Of a DNA stretch of 64,000 nt, positions 19,028 through 29,621 are shown one piece after another (the stretch's first letter is position 1; each line of letters starts with the position of its first letter). The DNA is from Flavobacterium sp. (GTDB lineage: Bacteria; Bacteroidota; Bacteroidia; Flavobacteriales; Flavobacteriaceae). The notes beneath the pieces were generated by a model, which did no database searches, was not told the DNA's origin, and saw only the letters and a program-made list of their open reading frames with translations. The translations under genes were made by a program, and so were the position numbers. The DNA lies in the NCBI GenBank assembly GCA_014379405.1, contig JACMLU010000029.1, positions 30,409 to 94,408 of the forward strand, in the 5' to 3' direction.

Positions 19028-19846
19028 TTATTTCATTTCCAAAACTATTGGTAAATTATATGAGGTTCTAACCGGTTTTGAATTAATCATTCCTGGTGAC
19101 CATTTAGTTCGCAAGGATTTCAAAACGCGAATAGCTTCTCTTCCCAAACCATAACCGGGATCTCTGCTAACTTTGATATCCGTCATACTGCCGTCTTTTT
19201 CGATAACGAATGAAACATAAACTCTAAGTGTGTTGAGGTCATCAATTTCAGGTTTTTCAAAATTGTTGCCCACATATTTGTAAAACTTTTCAATTCCACC
19301 TGGAAATTCGGGCATTTTGTCTAATAGTGTCGTGTTGACAACCTTGGTTCCATAATCTACATCTACAGGAGTGTCTGTTCCTGTAGCTGTTCCTGAAGTA
19401 GTCGGATTCAAGCCTATTGGTCCTGTTCCGTCTGAAATTAAATCAGTCACATTCCTGTTTTCCACGTTGGTGGCAATGTTAGGAGTAGCGTCTTGCGGAT
19501 GTACGATTTCTGGATTGATAAGTTGTTTTTTTATAATTGTAGCTTCTGAAGCTTGAGCTTGTATTTGGGGTAATTCAGGTTTTTCTATTTTATGAAGATC
19601 TACTTGGGTTATGACAATTGGAGGAGAATCTTGAATAGTTGGTGTTTCGGGTTCGACTACGGTTTTAAAATTACTGACAATAGTTGTAATTCCTCCGATG
19701 GAAGCCACAAATAACAATCCCATAAATAGGGCAGTAAGGGAGCTTTTGACACTTTCACGGCGCAATTGGTAGGCACCGTATTCTTGGTTTCTGTTTTCAA
19801 AAATAAGGTCAATCCAGCGGGTTTCGAAAATACTTAATCTAGACAT
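19028..19846 (-). CDS. Energy transducer TonB
   Basis: FENRNQEYGAYQLR N-terminus; PEFPGG..FVIEKDG..WSPG..PV TonB_C domain. Confidence 0.9.
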   Translation of the reverse strand: MSRLSIFETRWIDLIFENRNQEYGAYQLRRESVKSSLTALFMGLLFVASIGGITTIVSNFKTVVEPETPTIQDSPPIVITQVDLHKIEKPELPQIQAQASEATIIKKQLINPEIVHPQDATPNIATNVENRNVTDLISDGTGPIGLNPTTSGTATGTDTPVDVDYGTKVVNTTLLDKMPEFPGGIEKFYKYVGNNFEKPEIDDLNTLRVYVSFVIEKDGSMTDIKVSRDPGYGLGREAIRVLKSLRTKWSPGMINSKPVRTSYNLPIVLEMK

Positions 19847-20052
19847 AATTTGTAGTTTTTATGGTTAGGTATTTATCAAGTCATAAGCAGTGTCTTTTAA
19901 CATATAACGTAAAAGTTATTCGATATAATATATAAAATTGTGATTATTTTTGAATTATTTTAACAAGAAGAATAGGAGTCACTGTTTTCGGGGTTTGTAG
20001 TAATAATTGAATGACAAAACAGTTTTTTTTGGAGTAAGCACGCCCAAATAAA

Positions 20053-20604
20053 CTACCGCTTATCCTGAATGATTTCTGCCAATAATTTCTTGGCGCGAAG
20101 TAGTTTTATTTTGACATTACTTAGGGGTTCGTCAATTTTGTTGGCAATTTCCTGATAGCTCATTTCCTGAAAATAACGCAGCTGAATTACTTCTTGATAA
20201 TGCGGTTTGAGTTGCTTGATGAATTGTAGCAATTGCGAAAGATTTTGCTCGGTAATCAATTCATCTTCGGCCGATGGAGTGGTGTCGGCAATGTTATAGG
20301 CTTGCTGGTCTTCGTCGTCTGTTATTTCGATAAAAAGGCTTGCTTTCTTTTTGCGCATTAAATCGATGTGGACGTTTTTGGCGATGGCAATCAGCCAAGT
20401 GTTGAACTGGAATTCAGGATTGTAACTGGCTATTTTATCGAATGCTTTCGAGAAAGTTTCGATGGTAATGTCTTCGGCATTGGTTTCGTTTTCGGTGCGT
20501 TTGAGCATAAAACCATAGACCTCGTTCCAATAAAAATCCAATAGAAAAGTAAAGGCCGTTTGATCGCCTTTTTTTGCTTTTTCTATTTGTTGATTTATTT
20601 CCAA
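20053..20604 (-). CDS. ECF (sigma-70 family) RNA polymerase sigma factor
   Basis: AEDITIETF, FNTWL..IAKN, MSYQEIA....PLSNVK..L.RA; TTG start. Confidence 0.92.
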   Translation of the reverse strand: MEINQQIEKAKKGDQTAFTFLLDFYWNEVYGFMLKRTENETNAEDITIETFSKAFDKIASYNPEFQFNTWLIAIAKNVHIDLMRKKKASLFIEITDDEDQQAYNIADTTPSAEDELITEQNLSQLLQFIKQLKPHYQEVIQLRYFQEMSYQEIANKIDEPLSNVKIKLLRAKKLLAEIIQDKR

Positions 20605-21701
20605 TATACCGGTTTTGAAAAAATATTTGTGATAAACACATTTAATTGCGTGAAGATAAGCACAATTTCAATAACAGGAAACCAATACATCACATCTTTT
20701 TCTTTTAATTTTCCTGCCGAGAAACCAAGTGTTAACCAAGCAAATAAATAGCGGAAACCCACCAAGCTCAAAACAATAATCCATTGGTATTGAAAGGCCA
20801 ATAAAAGAATTGCCAAAAGCAAAAACAGCAATTGCGAAACATAAAAAAGTCCCAATTGGATTTTGTCAAAAGGTTTATACAATTTTGCTGTGGAAACGTG
20901 TCTTCTTTTTTGGGTAAACCAATCCTTGAATTTTGTTTTGGGTTGTGAATAAGTGAAACTTTCAGGTGCGTAACACAGTGCTGTGTTCTTACTTTTTGCC
21001 ACTTGATTGATGAATAAATCGTCGTCGCCAGAGCGAACCTGTATGTGACTTATGAATCCGTTTACGTTAAAAAATTCTTCCTTTTTGTAGGCTAAATTGC
21101 GACCGATTCCCATATAAGGATGTCCTATTTTTGCCCATGAAAAATATTGGACTGCCGTAAGCAAGGTTTCAAAACGGATGATTTTGTTCAGGAAGGAATT
21201 TGCCACTTTTTCATAAGCACCATAACCCAAAACTATGGTTTTGTGCATTGTAAATTGAGAACTCATTGTCGTAATCCAATCTTTTGAAGCAGGATAACAA
21301 TCGGCATCCGTGAAAATCAAATAGTCTTTTTTGGAAGCTTTTATTCCAAGGGTCAGAGCGTATTTTTTGTTTCCCCAAAATGCCTCGTTGTTTTGCACTT
21401 TTACCAATCTAACATTGGAATATTGTTTTTCGAATTCTTCAAAAATTTCCAAAGTATTGTCGCTCGATGCATCGTCTATCAAGATGATTTCAAAATCGGG
21501 ATAATTTTGTTCCGCAAGCAACGGGATATATTTGGCCACATTTTCGCCTTCATTTTTGGCGCAAACAATAACGGAAATAGAGATTCTTTTTGGATTTGAT
21601 TTCTGGGCTTTGGCGAAAGCAAATTTCCCAAAAACAATCAGATAATACGCAAGTTGAATGGCAACTACAACAATAAAAAAGTATAAAGTAAAGATTAACA
21701 T
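20595..21701 (-). CDS. GT2-family glycosyltransferase (membrane)
   Basis: SVIVCAKNE, DDASSD, TDADC, SGDDD, QKRRH; start moved to ATG 21701. Confidence 0.9.
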   Translation of the reverse strand: MLIFTLYFFIVVVAIQLAYYLIVFGKFAFAKAQKSNPKRISISVIVCAKNEGENVAKYIPLLAEQNYPDFEIILIDDASSDNTLEIFEEFEKQYSNVRLVKVQNNEAFWGNKKYALTLGIKASKKDYLIFTDADCYPASKDWITTMSSQFTMHKTIVLGYGAYEKVANSFLNKIIRFETLLTAVQYFSWAKIGHPYMGIGRNLAYKKEEFFNVNGFISHIQVRSGDDDLFINQVAKSKNTALCYAPESFTYSQPKTKFKDWFTQKRRHVSTAKLYKPFDKIQLGLFYVSQLLFLLLAILLLAFQYQWIIVLSLVGFRYLFAWLTLGFSAGKLKEKDVMYWFPVIEIVLIFTQLNVFITNIFSKPVYWK

Positions 21702-21857
21702 ATAGGCTTGGCTTCTTTTAAAATCTGTGCAAAGGTAATTATCAATTATCAATAAACCATCGATAAACGGCAATTAGTTTCCGGATTATTCAAATCTAAA
21801 ATCAACTCGAGCCAGAATGGAGAACAGGCGAGGGTATTCGCTTTTTTTTAAATGTTG

Positions 21858-21985
21858 ACCACAAATTACACGAATTCCTGCAAATTCTTAAAATAATAAA
21901 ATTCGTAACCCGAGCAAAGCAAATCGGTGTAGCAAATTCAGTTTAAATAGTAATGATATTTGTGATAATTCGTGTAATTTGTGGT
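21858..21985. repeat. 128-bp element bounded by perfect 19-bp inverted repeats with ~9-nt periodicity
   Basis: ACCACAAATTACACGAATT 21858-21876 / AATTCGTGTAATTTGTGGT 21967-21985. Confidence 0.85.
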
Positions 21986-22051
21986 TAAAAGATTCAAATG
22001 TGAATGCCGTGTGAACTGGCGAAGCAAATCAAAAGCCTAAAAATTATAACC

Positions 22052-23065
22052 TTAAATTACGTTCACTTCAGCTTCTATATGAATACCAAAAGTCTTAAAA
22101 ATTGTGTTTTGAATAGTTTTAGAAACATCTAGAATTTCCTGTCCCGTTGCGTTTCCATAGTTTACTAATACTAAGGCTTGGTTTTTGTGGATTCCTGCAT
22201 CTCCAAAACGTTTTCCCTTGAAACCAGCTTGTTCTATAAGCCAACCTGCAGGAACTTTTACTTCAGTTTCCGAAACATCGTAGTATTTCATTTCAGGAAA
22301 TTTTTGATGGATTTTCTTGAAATCCGATTTTAAAAGGATTGGGTTTTTAAAGAAACTTCCGCTGTTTCCCAATTCTTTTGGATCGGGCAATTTGCTTTGA
22401 CGAATGGCAATAACTGCATTGCTCACGTCTTTTAAAGTAGGATTCGTGATGTTATTTTTTGCCAATTCTCCACTAATGTCGCCATAGGAAACATTGATTT
22501 TATGGTTGCGTTTCGTCAGTTTAAAAACTACCGAAGTAATAACATATTGGTCTTTAGCCTCATTTTTGAAAATGCTTTCCCTGTATCCAAAATGGCATTC
22601 TTCTTTGGTAAAGGTTTTTATTTCTTGATTTTCGATGGCTATTGTTTCGCAAGAAACAAAAGTGTCTTTTATTTCGGCACCGTAAGCACCAATATTTTGA
22701 ACAGGAGTTGTACCTATATTTCCTGGAATCAATGACATATTTTCTAATCCACCAAAGTTTTGATCAATGGTCCAAAGTACAAATTCGTGCCAGTTTTCGC
22801 CGGCTTGACTTTCGACCCAAACAAAATCGTCTTCTTCCTTGATGATTTTTTTTCCTTTTAAATCCACGTGAATAACCAAAGCATCGATATCTTTGGTCAA
22901 AAGCATATTACTTCCACCACCCAGAATAAATTTTTTTTCAGATTTTTTTTGTTCTAAAATGGTTCTTAATTCTTCTGTATTGTGAACGGCAACGAATTGG
23001 TTGGCTTTAGCTTCAATGCCAAAAGTATTGTAGTTTTTTAAAGAGAAATTAGTTTGTATTTCCAT
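22052..23065 (-). CDS. murB: UDP-N-acetylmuramate dehydrogenase
   Basis: GGGSN, GLEN..IPG, QNIGAYG, FGYRES, GNSGSFFKNP, EVN; start moved to ATG 23065. Confidence 0.96.
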   Translation of the reverse strand: MEIQTNFSLKNYNTFGIEAKANQFVAVHNTEELRTILEQKKSEKKFILGGGSNMLLTKDIDALVIHVDLKGKKIIKEEDDFVWVESQAGENWHEFVLWTIDQNFGGLENMSLIPGNIGTTPVQNIGAYGAEIKDTFVSCETIAIENQEIKTFTKEECHFGYRESIFKNEAKDQYVITSVVFKLTKRNHKINVSYGDISGELAKNNITNPTLKDVSNAVIAIRQSKLPDPKELGNSGSFFKNPILLKSDFKKIHQKFPEMKYYDVSETEVKVPAGWLIEQAGFKGKRFGDAGIHKNQALVLVNYGNATGQEILDVSKTIQNTIFKTFGIHIEAEVNVI

Positions 23066-23105
23066 AAAGGTTTTTGCGTTTTTTAATCTTGACCAAAAGT
23101 AAGTA

Positions 23106-24953
23106 TTAAAATTTATTTGCATAGGTTTTTAACCAAATATGAATCATAAATAGTGGCATAATGTAAGGAATCATTTTGGTGTCGCCTTTTCGTAAATTCA
23201 AGACTAGTTTCTGGGCATCGATATTTTCGAAATACGGCATTTTGAACAAATCACTTTTCGAAAAAGACTCTAATTCTTCAATGAATCCAGGACTTTTTAC
23301 CAAGTAATCACCCCAAGGAACGCTCAATCCTACTTTTTTGAAATTCAAGATTTCATCGGGAAGACGATTTGCCATCGCCGATTTTAGGATGAATTTCCAT
23401 TTTTTTCCAGTAAAAAGCCATTTGTCGTCTAAAGAACCTAAGCCAGCAACGAGTCTTTGATCTAGGAAAGGCTCCCTGCATTCGATAGAAGCGCCCATCG
23501 TGCAGCGGTCGTTTCTATCCAACAGCGAACATAAATAAGTGTGTTGGTCAAAATAAAGTGCTTGCCTTCTTAAATTGTTAGGATACAAGGATTTTGCATC
23601 TTCTAGAATTTGATTTCGATATTTGTTTTCAGGAGGATTAACAATTCCATAATTCTTAACAATATCATTGGGATAAATATTGCAACCATTATAAATAACT
23701 AAATCGTCATGATTTTTTAATAGAGAATAGCGTGCTAGTTTTTCATAACGTGGCTTAGTAGTAAAATAATCCATATGACCAATCGCAGCAATAGTATTCA
23801 ATAATGATGGATATTTTAGCGCTTTGTATCGTACATAACCGCCCATCAATTCATCAGCACCTTCTCCAGAAAGCAAGACTTTTATTGATGGTTTGGCCAA
23901 TTGTGACAAGGCCAAAATATGCGGTTCGCTCAAATGCATAATAGGTTCATCCTGAAAATAAGTAGAATCGATCAGCTTTTCAAAAAGAGCGTTGTCTTCT
24001 AGTTGCATAGTGTGAAAACCATAACCAAATTTATCGGACATCATTTTGGCCAAATGCGATTCATTATGTTCTTTTTCCTTGAAACCAATATTGAAAGTTT
24101 GAATATCCTTGAAATTCTGTTGATTCAGAGAAGCTAAAATTGAGGAAGAATCAAGTCCACCGCTCAATAAAACTCCCACAGGAACGTCACTTACCATTCG
24201 TAATTTTACGGAATCATCGAAAGTTTCCCGAAACCATTCTACCGGGTTTTTAATTTTTGGCTGGTTTTGGATTTCAGCTTTTAAATCCCACCATTTTTCA
24301 GAAGTTGTTTTCCCACTTTCGTGAATTGTCAAAATGTGTCCGGGAAGTACTTTTTTTACGTTTTCATAAAGGGTATTTTCGCCAGCTACAAATCGGTTAA
24401 AAATATATTCTTCGATTCCGTCTTTTGCCATTTTTAATGGAACTCCAACTAAGAACAAGGCTTTTTGTTCCGAAGCGAAGTAAAAGGTTTCATTATAAAA
24501 GGAGTAATACAAAGGTTTTACACCCATTCTGTCTCGAACTGCTGTAAGTTTTCGTTCTTTTTTGTCCCAAATAACAAAGGCAAACATTCCGTTGAGACGG
24601 TGAAGCATTTTTGTGCCGTACAATTCGAATAATTTCATTAAAACCTCGGTATCGGAACTGGTTCGAATGTCAAATCCGTTACTTTTTAGTTCGGGATAGA
24701 AGTCCTTGAAATTATATATTTCGCCATTATACACCATTACATAACGACCATTTTCGGAAAGGAACGGTTGATGTCCAGCGTCTGAAACATCCAATATAGA
24801 TAGTCTTCGATGCCCTAAGCCAATGTTGTTTTCAATGAATAATCCCTTGTCGTCAGGACCCCGATGTTCCAGCGAATCGCGCATTTTCGTCAAGAGGCGT
24901 TCATCAACTTTTCGTTGGGTTTGCAAATGCAAGATTCCATTAATTCCACACAT
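23106..24953 (-). CDS. asnB: Asparagine synthase (glutamine-hydrolyzing) family amidotransferase
   Basis: MCGI, HRGPD, NGEIYN, LSGGLDSS, SGEGADE. Confidence 0.93.
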   Translation of the reverse strand: MCGINGILHLQTQRKVDERLLTKMRDSLEHRGPDDKGLFIENNIGLGHRRLSILDVSDAGHQPFLSENGRYVMVYNGEIYNFKDFYPELKSNGFDIRTSSDTEVLMKLFELYGTKMLHRLNGMFAFVIWDKKERKLTAVRDRMGVKPLYYSFYNETFYFASEQKALFLVGVPLKMAKDGIEEYIFNRFVAGENTLYENVKKVLPGHILTIHESGKTTSEKWWDLKAEIQNQPKIKNPVEWFRETFDDSVKLRMVSDVPVGVLLSGGLDSSSILASLNQQNFKDIQTFNIGFKEKEHNESHLAKMMSDKFGYGFHTMQLEDNALFEKLIDSTYFQDEPIMHLSEPHILALSQLAKPSIKVLLSGEGADELMGGYVRYKALKYPSLLNTIAAIGHMDYFTTKPRYEKLARYSLLKNHDDLVIYNGCNIYPNDIVKNYGIVNPPENKYRNQILEDAKSLYPNNLRRQALYFDQHTYLCSLLDRNDRCTMGASIECREPFLDQRLVAGLGSLDDKWLFTGKKWKFILKSAMANRLPDEILNFKKVGLSVPWGDYLVKSPGFIEELESFSKSDLFKMPYFENIDAQKLVLNLRKGDTKMIPYIMPLFMIHIWLKTYANKF

Positions 24954-24955
24954 AT

Positions 24956-26023
24956 CTAGTCTTTTTTAGATGTGTTGATTAATTCGTGATACTTGTTGGC
25001 AATGATTTCCATATTGGTATTGTAATCTGCATTTTCTTCCACAAATTTTCTGTTTTTTATAACGGCTTTGTTTCGATGTTCACTGTTTTCGAATGCCCAA
25101 AGTAGTTCTTTGGAAAGCATTTTATAATCATCAATTGGTATTAATTGTCCGTTTTTTCGGTGCTTAATCCAACTTTGATTTCCTGGAATATCCGTAACCA
25201 AAGGATAACAATTTGAAGCCATTGCTTCAAATAAAGAGGCCGAAACGCCTTCGGTTACGGGCATACTGATGTAAAAATTAGATTGCTGCAATAGTTCTGG
25301 TAATTTTGTGTTTGGAATTCGACCCGTAAAAACGACCTTGTTTTCGATGTTCAGTTTTTTTGCTAATTCTTTCAGCATTGGCAATAGTTTTCCATCACCA
25401 ACAATGGTAAGTACGAAATCTATTCCTTTTTGGTTTAAAATCCCAAAGGCTTTCAGAATAGTCGTGTGACGGTATTCCGGCATTAAAGACCGGGTTACTA
25501 TGGCGGTTATTTTTTCTGAATGAGTATTTTCTTTATTTTCAAATTGCTCCAAATCAATTCCTTTTGGCAAGACCAAAACTTTTTCCATATCGACATTGGC
25601 TTCCCGCATTGAGATTGTCATTACTGGTCCCCAAGCGTGAATTAAAGTTGCTTTTTTAAAAGCATAATGTTGAATGATTATTTTGAGTGGCAGCAAAATG
25701 GAATTTTCAGGCCATAAATCTGTTCTTCCTTGTTGTGCGATTGCCACTGGTTTTACGCCCGATAAAGAGGCAAGAAAACCATAACTGGTTGTTCTTTCGG
25801 CAATAACCATATGGGGTTTGTGTTTTTTGATGAGCTTCCTGATATGATAAAGTGCGGTACTGAATTCGAAAATCCGTAGTAATCTATTCAAAAAAGTATT
25901 GCTGGGAGTTTTGAGTTCCCAAGTGATAATTTCAAAATCGCCAAATTCTTTCAAGCCGTTCATCCAAGTGATGGCGTCGGCTCGGTAGGTTTCTCCAAGA
26001 AAAAGAATTTTGCGTTTTTCCAT
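24956..26023 (-). CDS. GT4-family glycosyltransferase
   Basis: IVGDG, EGVSASLFEAMA, TDIPG. Confidence 0.88.
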   Translation of the reverse strand: MEKRKILFLGETYRADAITWMNGLKEFGDFEIITWELKTPSNTFLNRLLRIFEFSTALYHIRKLIKKHKPHMVIAERTTSYGFLASLSGVKPVAIAQQGRTDLWPENSILLPLKIIIQHYAFKKATLIHAWGPVMTISMREANVDMEKVLVLPKGIDLEQFENKENTHSEKITAIVTRSLMPEYRHTTILKAFGILNQKGIDFVLTIVGDGKLLPMLKELAKKLNIENKVVFTGRIPNTKLPELLQQSNFYISMPVTEGVSASLFEAMASNCYPLVTDIPGNQSWIKHRKNGQLIPIDDYKMLSKELLWAFENSEHRNKAVIKNRKFVEENADYNTNMEIIANKYHELINTSKKD

Positions 26024-26032
26024 TTTTATAAA

Positions 26033-26707
26033 TTAGTCTTCGGAAGTTAGTGCCCGATTGATGAAATCGTTCAAGGGTTTCAACACAATTAGTTTTTTGA
26101 CCATTTTGGCGACGAAATCTTCTTTCGTAACTTCATTAATGTCGAATTTTTGTGAAGTCTCAAAACTTTTTAATTTCAGGAATTCTATGGCAGGATGGTC
26201 TTTTTCGTAGCCTCTGGGTGGGTTTTTTAGTAAGTTTTTTTCATTTCTGTCAAAATCCTTAAACTCTTTTTGGAAGTTTTTATTGGCTATTATTTCTTCC
26301 AAATCCTCGTGGAAATAGGCAATTTCTTTTCGTACTTTTTTCAAGTCGTCAGCTTCGGGACAATAGAATCCACCTGCAATAAAACTCCCGGCTCTTGCGA
26401 TGTGAATATAATAACCCGAACGGTTCATTCCTTTGGATCCACTCGAAATCCAGACCCCGATATGATCTTTGTAAGGTGATTTGTCTTTTGAAAATCGAAT
26501 GTCACGATTGATTCTAAAAGTACAATTTTTGACTTCCAACATTTCTAATGTGGGATCAAGAGGTTTCATGGCGTCCAGAATTTCTGCCACCAATTGATGA
26601 TAATCTTTTTTGAAAACTTCGTATCTTTTTTTATTGTCCAAGAACCAATCCCGATTGTTATTGGCTTTTAAATCGTCGATAAATTGTACACTATCTTTTG
26701 AAAGCAT
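26033..26707 (-). CDS. DUF2461 (TIGR02453) protein
   Basis: NNNRDWF, FRINRDIRFSKDKSPYK. Confidence 0.9.
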   Translation of the reverse strand: MLSKDSVQFIDDLKANNNRDWFLDNKKRYEVFKKDYHQLVAEILDAMKPLDPTLEMLEVKNCTFRINRDIRFSKDKSPYKDHIGVWISSGSKGMNRSGYYIHIARAGSFIAGGFYCPEADDLKKVRKEIAYFHEDLEEIIANKNFQKEFKDFDRNEKNLLKNPPRGYEKDHPAIEFLKLKSFETSQKFDINEVTKEDFVAKMVKKLIVLKPLNDFINRALTSED

Positions 26708-26720
26708 ATTTGTTGAATTA

Positions 26721-27416
26721 TTACAATTGTTTTTTCAAATCTTCTTCGCTGATGAAACCCGAATGCTTCCATTTAACTTCCTTGTTTTTATATAATAAAA
26801 GGGTAGGAAGTACATCGATTTTCATTTCTTTCATCAATGTTTTGTTTTCGTCTGCATTCAGTCGAATGATGACAACTTTGTCTGCCAATTCTTTTTGCAT
26901 TTCCAAAAGATAAGGTGTCATTATTTTGCAAGGGGCACACCATTCGGCATAAAAATCAATCAGCACTTTTTTATCGGTTTTCAATAATTCGGCATATTCC
27001 TGGCTGCACATCCCGATGATTTTGTCATCTGGTTTAGATAATCCGGCAGTGTTCCATTTCAATATTCCACCTTCCAGTTGGTATATTTTCTTGAATCCCA
27101 GTTCCTCTAATTTTGCAGCGGCTTTTGCGCTTCTTGCTCCACTTTTGCAATACACAAAGACAGGATTTGATTTGTCTAATTTATTTGTATTTGTTACAAA
27201 ATCATCAGCAAGCCAATTAATGTTTACAGCATTATCAAGATGTTCCGATGCGAATTCTTCTGGAGTTCTCACATCTAGGATTTGGGCATTTGGAGTGGTT
27301 TTTATTTTTTAGGCAAAAACTTCTGGAGTGGCACTTTCAATTTTTTTTGAAGTTTGTCCGTTGCAGGACAAGATCACAAATGATATTAATAAAAAGGAAA
27401 GGAGGCGAAATTTCAT
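26721..27416 (-). pseudogene. Rhodanese-thioredoxin lipoprotein interrupted by an in-frame TAA
   Basis: MKFRLLSFLLISFVILSC signal from 27416; codon 36 (27309-27311) is TAA; frame continues through LDVRTPEEF, YCKSGARS and WCAPC. Confidence 0.85.
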
Positions 27417-27542
27417 TTTAGTTTTAATTTAATTTTAATGAGGCTAAAATAAGGAATTTACATTTGGAACTGACTAAGATTCAGTTAAAGAAATCTTATA
27501 TTTAGCTAATCTTAATTTTCTGTTTTTAGTCAATCAATTAAA

Positions 27543-28622
27543 TTACAAATTGAAAATTTTATACGTCTGGTGTGTCGATTTTACTATGTTTTCTGTACGT
27601 TCCGGATGTGTGTCTGAAATGAAAAGTTGTCCAAAAGTGTCACTGTTGACCATTTCGACTATTTTGGCAACGCGACTTTCGTCTAATTTATCGAAGATGT
27701 CGTCAAAAAGTAAAATAGGTTTTAAGCCGCATTGGTTCTTTATGAATTCGAATTGTGCCAGTTTCAAAGCAATTAGAAATGATTTTTGTTGGCCTTGGGA
27801 ACCAAATTTTTTTATGGGATGATTGTCAATTTCAAACGACAAATCATCTTTGTGAATTCCGACGCTGGTGTAATGTAAAGCTCTGTCTTTATTGATGTTT
27901 TCTTCTAAAAGAGTCAATAAATTATTTTCGAATAAATGACTTTCGTAAGCCAATTGCACCGTTTCTTCGGATCCAGTTATGGCTTGATGATGCGAGTTGA
28001 AAATAGGGATAAACTGCTCGATAAATTCTTTTCGCTTATCGAAGATGTATTTCCCAAAAACATCCAGTTGCTCATTGTATATTGATAGTGTGTCGTTGTC
28101 GAAAACAAAATTCAATGCAAAATATTTCAACAAGGCATTGCGCTGGCTCATCACTTTTTGGTATTGGATGAGTTGCTTCAAGTATTGGGAGTCCAATTGC
28201 GAAATCACGCTATCCATAAATTTCCGGCGTGTTTCACTTCCTTCCACAATCAAATCCCTGTCGGCAGGCGAGATGATTACTAACGGAATGAACCCAACGT
28301 GTTCCGAAAATTTGTCGTAGACTTTTCCGTTGCGCTTCAATATTTTTTTTTGTCCTTTTTTTAGACTGCAAACAATTTGCTCGTTTCTTTCGTTGATTTC
28401 AAATTCGCCGTCGATGACAAAAAATTCTTCCCCATGTTTGATATTTTGGACAGCCAACGGATTGAAATAACTTTTTCCGTAAGACAAATGGTAGATTGCA
28501 TCGAGTACATTGGTCTTTCCAATTCCGTTTTTGCCCACAAAACAATTTATTTTGCCCACAAATTCGAAATCTGCTTCTGAAAAATTCTTGTAATTGAATA
28601 GAGAAATCTTTTTTAAATACAT
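27543..28622 (-). CDS. recF: DNA replication/repair protein RecF
   Basis: [34 protein letters not shown]; start moved to ATG 28622. Confidence 0.95.
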   Translation of the reverse strand: MYLKKISLFNYKNFSEADFEFVGKINCFVGKNGIGKTNVLDAIYHLSYGKSYFNPLAVQNIKHGEEFFVIDGEFEINERNEQIVCSLKKGQKKILKRNGKVYDKFSEHVGFIPLVIISPADRDLIVEGSETRRKFMDSVISQLDSQYLKQLIQYQKVMSQRNALLKYFALNFVFDNDTLSIYNEQLDVFGKYIFDKRKEFIEQFIPIFNSHHQAITGSEETVQLAYESHLFENNLLTLLEENINKDRALHYTSVGIHKDDLSFEIDNHPIKKFGSQGQQKSFLIALKLAQFEFIKNQCGLKPILLFDDIFDKLDESRVAKIVEMVNSDTFGQLFISDTHPERTENIVKSTHQTYKIFNL

Positions 28623-28766
28623 TTGTAAGGCTTGCTGGTATTGAGAAACTTGCTGCTTTTGAGGCATTTTTTTTAGGTGGGTGCAAATTATTGAAAAATA
28701 TCGATAAAAGAGGTTTTAGATTTGAATAAATATTATATTTTTGCCACTCACTAAATTAAAATTTAA

Positions 28767-29540
28767 ATGGCTACTTATAATAAAAGAGGATATAAAGCAA
28801 CGAAGGAAAAAGAAGTTACTGAAGTTACAGAAGACATAAAAGTTATTGAAAAAGATAGCGCCACTGCAGGTGTTTTTTCAACATTGGACGAAACTGCTTC
28901 TAAAACTGAAGATTTTGTAGCTAAAAATCAAAATATTATTATTGGAGTAGTTGGAGCAATTGCTTTAGTATTAGTTGGATATTTAGCTTATCAAAAATTT
29001 GTAGCTGCGCCAAAACAAGATGAAGCTGCAACTGAAATGTTTCAAGCTCAACAATATTTTCAACAAGCGACCGACGGAGTTGCAAGCGATTCATTATATA
29101 AATTGTCTTTAAAAGGAGCTGAAGGAAAATTCGGTTTTGTTGATATTGCAGACAAATATTCAGGAACAGACGCTGGAAATCTTGCTAATTATTATGCAGG
29201 AATTGCTTATTTAAATACAGGTAAATATACAGAAGCGATTGACTATTTAGAAAAATTCAAATCGGATGATGTTGTTTTAAGTGCTTTGGCAAAAGGAGCT
29301 ATTGGAGATGCTTATTCTCAAAATAAACAACCAAAAGAAGCTTTGGAATTTTATATCAAAGCCGCTGAATCTAATAAAAATGATTTTACTACGCCACGTT
29401 TCTTGTTGAAAGCAGGAAAAGTTGCTTTGGAATTAAAAAATAACGAAGATGCTCTTAAATATTTTACTGATATAAAAGAGAATTTTGACGCCTCTCCTGA
29501 AGCTGCTTCAGTTGATGTATTGATTGGACTAGCACAATAA
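28767..29540 (+). CDS. Tetratricopeptide-repeat membrane protein (YfgM-like)
   Basis: Single TM helix followed by TPR helices; lies between recF and ribH. Confidence 0.8.
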   Translation: MATYNKRGYKATKEKEVTEVTEDIKVIEKDSATAGVFSTLDETASKTEDFVAKNQNIIIGVVGAIALVLVGYLAYQKFVAAPKQDEAATEMFQAQQYFQQATDGVASDSLYKLSLKGAEGKFGFVDIADKYSGTDAGNLANYYAGIAYLNTGKYTEAIDYLEKFKSDDVVLSALAKGAIGDAYSQNKQPKEALEFYIKAAESNKNDFTTPRFLLKAGKVALELKNNEDALKYFTDIKENFDASPEAASVDVLIGLAQ

Positions 29541-29543
29541 AAA

Positions 29544-29613
29544 AGTATTCAGTGTTCAGTAGCAGTTGGCAGTTTGCTCTGGCACTGAATACTGCTACTG
29601 AACACTGAAAACT
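29544..29613. repeat. Inverted CAGT/ACTG 6-7-mer microsatellite array
   Basis: agtattc agtgttc agtagc agttggc agt ... actgaat actgct actgaac actgaaa act. Confidence 0.8.
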
Positions 29614-29621
29614 AAAAAAAT

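Noticed and set aside
29541-29621. FMN riboswitch upstream of ribH
   Set aside because: The spacer is short and fully occupied by the CAGT/ACTG array; no RFN consensus.
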